Shown: in pieces, positions 12,039 to 22,910 of the stretch
Numbering within the stretch: the stretch's first letter is position 1
Layout: each line of letters opens with the position of its first letter
From: Phoronis australis
Lineage: Eukaryota; Animalia; Phoronida
Direction: 5' to 3'
Assembly (NCBI GenBank): GCA_002633005.1
Contig: NMRA01000003.1
Span: forward strand, 2,215,172-2,279,171
Length of the DNA: 64,000 nucleotides
Program-made: the position numbers and the translations under genes
Notes under the pieces: model-generated
Seen by the model: the letters and a program-made list of their open reading frames with translations, nothing else
What the model was told of the DNA's origin: nothing
Database searches by the model: none

Positions 12039-13866
12039 AGTTCACCGCCAGAGGACGTTGAACCCCGACACAACATTAATCAAACTTTTCTCGGATGAGT
12101 AACGCAGGGAGTATTGCATTAATGACAAGCATCTGCTTTATGGTCATAAATCAGTGTAGCTCGCGGCCAGTAGCTCGCTGATGGTGTCGCCGGATGAATA
12201 ACTACATTTGCGCGAATCATCCCACATATGGCAGCTTCTAAACTCACTGTACATCGATTATTCAATAGACATCCGTGTTTAACTACGTTAATTTGTTGAG
12301 CTGGCGAAAATTAAACAACTCTGCTCACTGCAACCGTCCAGTTCGCCCTTGTGCACGAAAAGTCTCCTGGAGTGAACACAGTCGATATCATCCGCACAGC
12401 GTTCTATAAACCACCGACTTGCAGTCCTTCACAGATCGTCAGATGAACACTTATAAGACGGTGATAACTGTTGGTTTCGGAACCGTACGTGAAGATGGTG
12501 AAAATTTTTCGTCGCCAAGTAACTGCAACACGTATCAGTTACTTTCCTATCATCCAGCTGATCTGGTACACGACAGACTCCCTCTTTTCTAGTATCTGGC
12601 TGGTCACGGTACCTTCACAGACCTCGCGCCGTCTAATGCCGATACAAGTTATTACAGCCCTAGGCTTTCTGATTCTGCTATTGATACAAGGTTCAAGTTT
12701 ACATGGCGATTGCGTAACCAAGTTTTAAGGTGCAACGCAGTCACACATGAACCTTGCTATTATCAGTACTGTTTGTATAGCTCCACGGCGTTGGTCGTCG
12801 AATGTTTATCAGACAACAATCTTTGGCTGAAACATCGCCCGTTTGCAAGCAGTTTCTGCATGGCTGTCGGGCTGAATGAGTTTTCGGTTTTGCCCGTTAA
12901 CTTTTTACTGCAGTTGTAAAGTCCCCGACTGATTTCACTTCACACATGGCATAAAAACTTGACCAAAGCAGTCAACCGTGTACATGTTTGCGTTGACACT
13001 TGTAAATGTCACATTTCGCCGGGCAAATGAGGTCGATAGGTCTAATTTAATTAAAGGGATATATTTACTAGTGAAATACTTCGTAGTTATGGGAGAATAA
13101 CCAATAGTTCGAATTCTCTGCCAGAAGTGGATTATAACGACAGTTTTTCTCGGTTTCATAGGTTAATTCAGCTGTTTGTAAAACAAAGGAAAGGATTTTC
13201 GGCCAGATTATTTTGCTAACTATGCGCATTAGCCATTTCTGAAATACGAAGTCACTTTTAAGATAATCCCATACGTTGGCCACATTTTGGCATTTCTCTA
13301 TTATCCTTAACTTTTATCGTTAATAGATGTTTTAAAAAGTGTTTCCCTTGTGCGGAGTTGTAACGCCGACGACACGCCAAAAATAACCTCCCCCACACGT
13401 CGGACTCTTGTGCGTCGATGGCAGACACGGTCTAAGAAGACGATGAGCATGGGCGGAGTGTAGATTAGATAACAACTGCTTCTGGGCTTGGAAAGCACCG
13501 GCAGTTCATTATTGCTTGATACTACGTTGCATCACTTGGCTTGTTACGGCGGGTCGCTTTACGAGTCGAACTGGCACGGGGTCAACGAAGCTCAGGCATT
13601 TCACTTGTCGTCGTCTGCGTTAGATTCAAGTTGACCAGTCTCAGACTGAGCTGTCAACTGAATAGACTATCACTGGTAAAGAGACAATTTGAAAATAAAA
13701 TAGGCAAGTAGTTTGTTAAACTCTAAGACGCATGATTCGTCAAATAACTTGAAAATTAGTCAAAAATGCAGAGCAGTTGGAGAACCAAGAGGATTTTATA
13801 AGCAATATTGAGCGCAACGGGGATTAGAATGCGTTAATTCTATGGACCAACCAGTGAAAGAAACTC

Positions 13867-14648
13867 AGGGCCGTCTGAAGTTCCACAGTCATGGGGATTG
13901 TTCTAAACCCCGAGGCCCTCTCGACCCACGACCCACAACCCCCTCGACCTGAGGCAATAGAGGTGTTTTTGTGCTTTTTCATAATCTTATAACGTCGCTG
14001 ATGAGTGACTTTCCCATAAGACATACCTACACGCGAGTCTGCCGTCTAGCTCAAGTCAGCTGATTACTAACAGAAAGGCGTGAAAACGTGATCTGAAATA
14101 GCGCATTGTGAGCGCACTATCGATGTCACGGAAACAGTTCCACGAGCGGCTAATGGCCCAGTTCTAAACTTCGGAGAGAGTAAGTTAACGTGAATGTACA
14201 TAATTTCACATTTTTATTATTTGCTTTCTGTTGTATATTCGTTTACAATATATTCTCGATAACTACGTTGAAATACTTTTAGTTAACAGTTTGTTTTTTC
14301 AAACAGTATTTATTTACTGATGAAATTTTAGTTTTGTCGGTTCCTCGCACTCTGCGCAAAAAAGTTTGAATCTACCATTCACTGAAAAGCAGACGACATT
14401 TGTAACGTTTGTATGTCTTTGATTTGATTTGGTCGCGTTTTTTTCTGTTTTGGCTTTCAAACTTGCCGAATCGACTCTCTGAATTGTAAAACTTGAAAAA
14501 CAGGAACAGCTAGCCGAGCTCACTGCCCATCTCATTGGTCCTGCAAGTCAGCGCTTGTTCTTTGTTCAGATCGAGCCGAGCTTTTGTGGACTGGGTCGTG
14601 GGGGTCGAGGGGTTTTAGAACAATCCAATCATGGACTTCGGTCCCTAG
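13867..14648. mobile_element. Non-autonomous DNA element with ~100-bp imperfect TIRs
   Basis: GGATTGTTCTAAACCCC..CTCGACCCACGACCCACAA at left is inverted as TTGTGG..GGGTCGTGGGGGTCGAGGGGTTTTAGAACAATCC at right. Confidence 0.6.
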
Positions 14649-14659
14649 GGGTCCCAAAA

Positions 14660-15201
14660 GAGGCATCAATCTTCCAAGTTAAATAAAGAAATCAACTAAG
14701 AACTCATACTCCCTATATTATATGTCACAGATTGGACATTAAAGTCCTTGGTGGGTAGTTTTACCCACAGTTGCCGCGTAATTCGCTAAAAGCGTAGGTC
14801 ACACTTGCCCGTTTACAGGGCTTGAAATGACCAATGACAAAAAAGAGGAAATTTTTCCTGGTAGTAATGCATCGTTCCACAAATATGTGCTTGAGTGATA
14901 GAATAATTTTTTGTGTTGCAAAATTTAACTGAAATAAACGTTTTTGCATGAATATAGTCAAAATAAAGATGAAAAAAGAGGAAACTGGAAATCAAGTAAG
15001 AGGAAACTGAAACCAAAAAAGAGGAAATCCTCTTACAAGAGGATGATTCCAAGCCCTGCGTTTAGGCATTTGAAAACTGAATTTTACTCCAGACTAGGTT
15101 GTCCAGGGTTACAGAGCATTATTTTGTTTCAGAGAACTGGTTGAGAAAGTCGTTTTTAGTAATATGTTAAAAAGACAAAACCGGGTTTGGCTTCCCTTTA
15201 A
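14660..15201 (-). mobile_element. Second copy of TTAA-ended element, carrying a nested MITE
   Basis: Homologous to 7380-7675, which lacks the 14816-15058 insert (empty site GCCCGTTTAG). Confidence 0.6.
14816..15058 (+). mobile_element. MITE (CAGGGCTTG TIRs) with perfect 6-bp TSD CGTTTA
   Basis: CGTTTA at 14810-14815 and 15059-15064; single CGTTTA at the empty site near 7510. Confidence 0.8.
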
Positions 15202-15520
15202 ACTTTCATTTTGATCATCGTCTGTCGTCGATCAGACGATTCCATTTATCTTAGCAAACAATCATGGCCGCCATCTATGCCACCGTGACCATTTCTCTGA
15301 GCAATGACATCATTGTCACCTCAGGCTCTGCTTCGACTTGAGCTTCTGAAATGAGCAGAAGAGATAACTCACGTTTCATTGCCGAACCAAATTCGCCGTT
15401 GACTCACCGTAGTCACGGGTTTTCCAAGCAGACACTGAATAAAACTTTACAAACAAGTGCCAACTGTTTCAGACAAACAAGTAAGTAGGCAAGTGATTTA
15501 ATAGGGTACGTAACAGACAT

Positions 15521-15682
15521 CAGGGGCGGATCCAGGATTTTGAGTTAGGGGGAGGGCAGGGCAGAATATTGCCCAGGATTTTGCCCGTCAAACAAAAGGC
15601 GTACCCCCGTACTGCCACATGGAATCTAGGAGAATTTTAAGGAAAGCCATGGCCATCTTGGCCCCCCTTAAATCCGCTACTG
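15521..15682 (+). mobile_element. MITE (CAGGGGCGGATCCAGG...AAATCCGCTACTG), 5-bp TSD with one mismatch
   Basis: Flanks GACAT/GACGT; reverse-complement homolog at 42240-42376. Confidence 0.75.
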
Positions 15683-16670
15683 GACGTATAAACTGGGAGA
15701 GTTAACTTGATGATAAGTCAACTGTCGAACGGGCGAGTGATCTGTTACCCGAACACACAAACACGGCAGTCAAATCATGTAATGAGAGGGTCCCACTTAA
15801 AAACATGTACATGACGCCACGGCGTCTCAATGACTGACTGCTGTTCGAACATGCATTTTAGGTATTTTTAATTTGGAACGGACGAGAACAGCTTGCCCTA
15901 AATCCAATTTGAAAGTTACATTCGAGTTAATAGCCTCTTGAACATGTTTTACATCACCGTGAAAACGGTGTGAACCGTGGAATTGATTTGGGGATCGCTT
16001 TTTATCCCAAAACTAGATGCAGGTCGCGAGCCTTCTTTTTTAACCGCCTGATGCCGGGTTTCAAAATTAGTCGGGTACCAACTAATGGCCCATAAATGGC
16101 CGCGATGCAAACTCTGTGATTCCAGGGACTATAAATTGGACCACATACTATAGTACAGTTGTCTATAAACTACTCTTTCAGTACCAAAATACGGTATTAC
16201 TCACTCGCGCTGTTTTTCGTAGTCCTGATTGTGAATACGAATGTTTTGTTTCATTAAGACACTTTTATCTTACATAGGCGTATTTAGTCCCCTTGATCCC
16301 TTGGCGGCGGCAAAACAACAGTAATATATTGAGCTTATATTAATTAATCCCTGTAATTAACATTATACTGCCGAAACAAGATTTGGCACAGTGTGGAGAT
16401 TTAGTTTATGTGTTCGTGTGGAAGGGACTCAGATCCGATTTCAAGTATCCAAATCAGACAACCGGCGCAATCGTAACGGTAACTATAGCTAAACCACTCC
16501 CGGTCGATATGCACGTGGTATTCCGAGCGACCGACGGTGCCGCTGAGCACTACCATTCCGTTTCCGCACGGTCTGCTCCACTGTGCAGTGACGAAAATTA
16601 CTTCACTTTTTCAAAGAAAACGAAAGCTGAGTGACGATGAAGAAACAAACTGTTGCCGAGGCTGAAAGAT

Positions 16671-16765
16671 CATTACGGCGTTTTCCCGTTGCTCCCAACT
16701 TGTTCCATTCTATAGCCCAACAACAAGTTGGGAAGTTTACCCCTGTAGCCAATATATCTTACACA
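16671..16765 (+). repeat. Dispersed repeat copy
   Basis: TTTTCCCGTTGCTCCCAACTTGTT...CCCCTGTAGCCAATAT matches the reverse complement of 31345-31435. Confidence 0.7.
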
Positions 16766-17359
16766 ATTTATTAACCCCATTCTGGCATTTATGGTTGGAG
16801 AGCCAGCTTTTTTTGAGCGATAATTGCTCTAATCTCCAATAAGATCGTATCTACCCGGCCTGACTGGGCTGTGCTGTTATAACAAATTTGAACATAAACC
16901 AAAAGCATTTCTGGAATCTTCGTCAAATGGTGATGATGTTTAGTTTTTGAATCGCCAAAATCGACCAACTGCAACCGAAGTTGCGACAATCTATTGTTTC
17001 GGAGTTTGACTGTGTTCACACGTGGTCTGTAATAAGCCTGGAGTGGTAGATAATTTGCCTGCTTGTTGTCATAAAAGACAAGTGTTCTTGGCAGTTAACA
17101 AAGAAGCTAGATGTTATCACACGCTCAGAACCCCCTACGTCTGGTAAAGTCACTGAACGGGAAAACGCTGTCATGTGTAAATTTTAATCGAAGCCTTAAT
17201 GAATCACTCATAAACTCACCAGTCTCTCTTCGTCAAACATTAAAATTAAGACCATTTGCAAAGCAAGCGCGTGGTTAACGCCAACACGAACAAGAGCAAC
17301 GCGGAGCGTTGAAATGCGCCCACGAAATGGTGTGCTTTTAGGGTTGCTTATTTGTGTCA

Positions 17360-19776
17360 TAAAATGGCACTAGATGGCGCAAAAACATACAATCCGGCCG
17401 AAAACGGGAACATGTCATTGCTCCTTTAATGGAAAGCTATACACCAAATTTCATAGATCTCCGTCACGGAACTTTAGAGAAATAAAGGAAAACAATAAAA
17501 TGAAACTGCCACTTGGAGGCACAGTGTTCATTGGATCCGCCTGAAAGCCGTCATTGTCTGTTAATAGCTTCATGTAAATACACTTACAAAATTCAATAGA
17601 GATCCTACAGTGGGTTTAGGAGATACAGCTATGGACACAAAACAAAACAAAACTATCACAAGGAGGCGCCAGAGTAGTCAAAGTCGTCATCATCAACCCG
17701 CGTCCTCTTCACTTTGAGAACATATACGTTAATTTTCAAAACCATCCTTAGAATGATTTGGTTGATAGAGAGGTAGACGCCAAAAACAGACCCGAAAACA
17801 GCAAAAATGGCCACAAGGTGGCGCAAAGAACCTTGATTCCATCCGAAAACGGGAGGATAGCGTCATCTCATCAATAGATGCCCGTATACAAAATTTTATG
17901 AAAATTTGTAGAGGACCTTTGAAGCTACAGAGGAAAACGCAAAACTAAAATTGCCACCAGGGGGCATACCAGTAGTCAGATCCATCCCAAAATTATCATC
18001 GTCCGTTGTCAGCATCATATAAACACACTTCTTAAATTTAGTAAAGATCCTGAAAACAGTTTAGGAGATACAGTTATGGGCGCAAAAAAAGAAACTACCA
18101 CTAGGAGGCGCCACAATAGCCGAAGTCATCGGAAAATCATCGTCAGCCGTCCACTTCATAATAAAAATATACATGCCAATTTTCATAATTATCCTGAAAG
18201 CGGTTTGGTTGATAGAGGGGTGGACGCCAAAAAAAACAGACTCGAAAACAGTAAAAATGGCCACTAGGTGACGTTAACTAGGTCGAATCCATCTGAAAAC
18301 GGAAAGATAAAGTCACCTCACTAACAGAACCCTGTACGCCAAATTTTATGAAATTACGTTGAGGACCTTTGAAGATACAGAGGTATACATAAAAAATAAA
18401 ATTGCCACTAGGTGGCACACCAGTTTTCAGATCTGTCCGAAAGTCGTCGTCGTCCATTGTCAACATCATATAAATGCACTTACTAAATTTAGTAAAGATA
18501 CTGCAAACGGTTTAGAAGATATAGCCATAAGCAAAAAAAAAAACAACAAAACTATCACTAGGAGGCGCCACAGTAGTCGAAGTCGTCGGAAAATCATCGT
18601 AAGAACATACACGCCAATTTTCACAATCATGCTTAGAGTGGTTCGGTTGATAGAGGGATGGACGTCAAAAACAGACTCGAAAACAGTATTGGTTAGGGTG
18701 AGGATAATTCAATTTGAAGCAGAACGATCAGTAATAAACACCAACATGGCAGGGCCGTCGCAATCCCGACTTAGGACGAGCTCATCAGTCCCGACTTCGC
18801 AGGTGGATCGTTAAGTTTTACAAGCTATCAATTCGAACAGGAATACAGTGATGAAGAAATACTAGAGAGGCGCCGTGAACAAGCTCAGACAACGGAACGT
18901 ATGTCGTTATTTGGTAAGCCGGCATTCGTCAGGCACTGTCGACGTCTGTAGGCCACAGACATGGAGATGTTTCACGGCCTCATACATGGTATTTACAGCG
19001 TACATTTCATTCTTCACTACCATGAGCCACTTCCTAAACATTTCGGACTCTCGAGGAAGTAAAAAAACGATATACCCGCTTTCCTCGCAGCTGCATAGAC
19101 TTTTAGTTCGGACAAGCGAGAACGATGCACCGCAACATAGCGGCATTCACTCTGCATATGAACCACTGACGTCGCTAGCGTCGTTTCTCACCTTCCTCAC
19201 AGATTAACGCGACACCTCTTGGCAAGGTAAGGTCGACCGTATGCGATGCGATGTGGATATAGACCGATTAAGACTGCAAAAAAGACTAATTAAATCGGGT
19301 GGCATTCTCCTTTAAATGCTGGGATCAAAGTGCCGCTACACATTTACCCACATAAACCGTAATGTACTCGGGCACAGAATATTAGACGCTTACGTTGAGT
19401 TCGAGTAAAAGTGAATGGAGAATATCAAAATAATTTCCAGTTCAAAGATAAGACGCCGGAGCCAAGCTTAGCAAAGTTGCTAGTGACGTGTCATTTGATG
19501 CTCCATAGTCTCGGGCAATAATCGTCGGTTCTTTTCAAGCCAAGACTGAAAAACAGTGCCAGTAGGAAGAAGTCACCAATTAGCGATAACTAGTTGGCCA
19601 CTAGGTGGCGCAAACTACGTCGAATTCATCCGAAAACGGGAGGATACCGTCGTCTCACTAATAAATGCCTATATACCAAATTGTATGAAAATACGTTGAG
19701 GACCTTCGAAGACTGATACAGAGGTAAACGTAAAAAACTAAAATTGCCACTAGGGGGCACACCGGTAGTCGGATCC
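17360..19776 (+). repeat. Second satellite array (450-bp higher-order unit), interrupted by an ~900-bp insertion at 18689-19594
   Basis: TGGCCAC.AGGTG at 17808, 18258, 19595; TTGCCAC.AGG.GGCA at 17951, 18402, 19744 (periods 450/451); continues after a MITE into the Helentron-like end at 20480-20665. Confidence 0.85.
18907..19146 (-). pseudogene. Degenerate THAP-domain-like ORF within a DNA-transposon-derived insertion
   Basis: MPLCC...C...GYIVFLLPRESEMFRKW...KHLHVC follows the THAP pattern (N-terminal Cys, FxLP, W, VC) but the terminal His/Phe and AVP box are disrupted. Confidence 0.45.
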
Positions 19777-20479
19777 CAGTGGCGGATCTAGGATATCACA
19801 AGGGAGGGCCCAACATTTTGTCCGACTGTAAGCATTTGCGCAAACTGAACCACGATTGTAGATGCGCATAGCACCGAATGGGGGGAAGTCGGGAGGGGGA
19901 TTTGCCCCGCTCCCGCCGAGGAAATTTTTCTGTTTTTACCTCTAAAAATCAAGCATTTTCCTTGATTCCTGAAGTATTATTCAAGAAAAAAAAAGAAAAA
20001 AAACAGAACGTGTCAAACAGGAAAACTGAACGTCACAAAGACTTGAACTCACAAGCTCGCGGTTAGAGAGCGCGTGCGTTACCACTACACCACCGCGATT
20101 TAAGTACTAATCTCTTGCTAAAAGACCTACTTGTTTATGGTCCACAGCGTTTGCGCGCGAAACCTACTTCTTTTCGTAATGCTTATTACACGTTTTGTAT
20201 TTTGTGCCATGAATTCTTAACAAATTTGTCGTATTTAAAATTGTTTTCAAATGCCCAAAAGACCAAATCCGTTTTTCGAGTTGGCAATAATGACGGGATT
20301 GCTTTGGAAATCGTCTAAGTTAAGGTTTGACAAAGAGAGTATTGCGAGTTTCTGAGTGATTCACTAAGGCTTCGATTGAAATTCACATCTTACCAGNNNN
20401 NNNNNNNNNNNNNNNNNNNNNNNNNNNNNNNNNNNNNNNNNNNNNNNNNNNNNNGGGCCCCCCCCTAAATCCGCCTATG
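19777..20479 (+). mobile_element. MITE with 5-bp TSD (GATCC) containing a tRNA-like cassette; spans an assembly gap
   Basis: CAGTGGCGGATCTAGG / CCTAAATCCGCCTATG termini; GATCC at 19772-19776 and 20480-20484; the uninterrupted site is seen in the copy at 1550-1580. Confidence 0.6.
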
Positions 20480-20665
20480 GATCCGTCTGAAAGTTCGCTC
20501 ATGCAGTCCCTGGCATCCATGAAAGGAACACATGTGCAAAATTTTATGAACACACGTCAATCGGTGTTGGAGATAGAGCAGCGGACGCCGGACGGACGCC
20601 GCCCGGACGGACGGACGGACGGACGCAGATGACGGCATAATGCATCCACATATAAATATGAAAAA
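20480..20665 (+). mobile_element. Helentron-like element end with (GGAC)n microsatellite
   Basis: Reverse complement of 1390-1568; terminal hairpin partly deleted. Confidence 0.7.
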
Positions 20666-20669
20666 CAAC

Positions 20670-21150
20670 AATTAACTGATTCGTGCGCGAACGCTGTAAA
20701 CCGTAAACAAGTATGTCTCTTAGCAAGGTGTCAAAGTTGGAAGCGTGGTAGCGCAATGGAAGAGCACGCGCTGTGTGACTATACGTCGGAGAGTTCGAAT
20801 CCTTGCAATTTTACAAATTTTCCATTTTTAATTAACTCATAATCGGACAAAAAATTACGTAAAACAGGTGAAAGTCTAGAATCGAAGGCGCTATATTATA
20901 ATGGCAACTTGAGTTGAAAAATTTCCGAGCGGCGACGTACTGGGATTCTGGCCGCGCTATTCACAAATAGAGCGACCTGGCTAAAGTAGAGCCGTCGAGG
21001 GCCGTTTATACTTCAAAAATCAAGGAAAGGAGAGGCAAAAACTAAATTTTCCCCGACCTCCCCCCATTCGGCGTTACGCGCTGGCTACTTTGCGCGATTG
21101 TTTATACGAGACAAAATGTTGCCTCCGTTATGATATCCACGATGTGCCAG
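20670..21150 (-). mobile_element. Diverged inverted copy of the tRNA-cassette MITE
   Basis: 21030-21150 is the reverse complement of 19777-19940; 20680-20806 is the reverse complement of 20030-20162, with A box TAGCGCAATGG (20749) and B box GTTCGAATCC (20793). Confidence 0.6.
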
Positions 21151-22910
21151 TCTCAACGCCACCTGCCTGTACCGATGTGAAATCGCATGTCGGCGTCCAC
21201 CAACCACACTTGCTGCTGTTTGTCGACCCACCCGAGTGAGCGTGTTGGCTACTACTCGAAACGGTCTATCGTCGCAAAACGAAAAGAAATCGGTCGTGAG
21301 AAAAGTCTAGGCGCTGTGGTAAGTACCTATTGTAATCCCAACCGGTAAGAAGTTTTTTTAGCTTCAAACTGGGAAGTGAGATGTAGCGCGTAACGATCAA
21401 CTTATACTGTAAGCCTAGTAGTCGGACAATGAGCCCGTTGTATCCAGTTTGGACCTGAACGACAAACCCAAATAGTCACACTCGATAGTTGTTGACAGGT
21501 TTTGCCAATTGTGAACATTATTTGGGGAGCGACTGCTGACACAATTTCTTACAATTCTGAAGCTGTGACGATTTTGACCTATAGACACAAAACATTGTGG
21601 GAAATCAGGCATGTTTTATCTCGTTCAATAGGGGGTTCCTAAGATGTTGCAAGGGGGGAGGCAAAGATAGGTTTCACGTTTGCGTTCGCCCTAAATTGAG
21701 TCTTTTGTCACGTCGAGAGAATCCACTGACGTGTTACACAATGTTCATGGAGGGATTTCAGAGGAACCAGACAATGAAGTCGCCAGTTTTGGTTTGCCGG
21801 TAAGATTTTTCTTCTATAAGTGTGGTGGTGCAACATTCGATCATTTCTCAGAAAAACGAAAAATACAAAATAACGAAACAAGATTGTGAACCAGGTATAA
21901 GCACACGCTTAAAATGTACGACTGAATATCGTTGTTGAAATTACATAAGGATCGATTGTTTGCCCAGATCGTAGCCTCCGCATTCGTCCTTTGCTTTCTT
22001 GACTGTATTTTTTGGTCATAACATTCTATGAGCTATTTCCCAGATTGAATGTCAAGTACGCACATTTCCCGATCAGCGTTCGAAATACACGCTGGTCCGG
22101 GGTTAGTGGATTTGCGGCCCGGCGGCCAGTAACTTTCACATATATAATAGGCCCTATTTGGATGTGGTCTCATATTCAAGTAAACGGGCCCGTCGGGTCA
22201 GCACACTTATTTGCTGAAGGTCGAAATCAAAGTCATAAAAATAGAATATTTTTGTTAAATATTGGGGTACATGTGGCAAAGTGGTCGACAAGATCGTTAC
22301 ATAATCTTTTTGTCTTCGCCTTTCAGTTATATGCGATATGCCCCTTACGACCAAATACTGTTAATAACTAAAGTATAGATATAGGAAGTTGCATGAGGTT
22401 GCTAGCCCAATAGTAAATGATGAGGATAGTTATTGTCAATTCGTCAATCAAAGTCTAATTCATGCCTACTGCCTTGTGCTGAATTCTGCTTCCAACGAAA
22501 AGAACATTCAAAATGAAGGCTGTCACAATTCAGTGAGTGAAACAATCATGAATTTATTCAAACAATGACAAATGATGAGATATGTTTTAAGATAACTATC
22601 ACTCATTTGAAACTGAACATAGACAAACGAATGTGTTATCATGTCCATAACATTCAACAGGCTGTGACAATTCATTGTATTTACTGTAAAAGATTTTTTG
22701 AATTATTTCTAATAAGCATGGTCTGTAAATGTGCAAAAGAAATTTTGAAAATACCAAAAAATGCAAACCTTGTACAAGAACAGGCATGGAATACATCAAA
22801 ACGTGTTTACTCAATAACAATGACAAGGCACTTAATGGTGAGTGTTCTCTTCTTCAATAGCTGTATATCTAATATTATAGTCACTTCCTTCACCATCCTT
22901 CACATTTATT

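Noticed and set aside
12270-13283. Fragmented minus-strand ORFs upstream of the TM exon
   Set aside because: Short frames with stops and no motif I can recognise; cannot support a gene or pseudogene call.
20740-20810. Genuine tRNA gene (also 20030-20100 and 54975-55042)
   Set aside because: A/B boxes present but acceptor and anticodon stems do not pair well and each lies in a repeat element.
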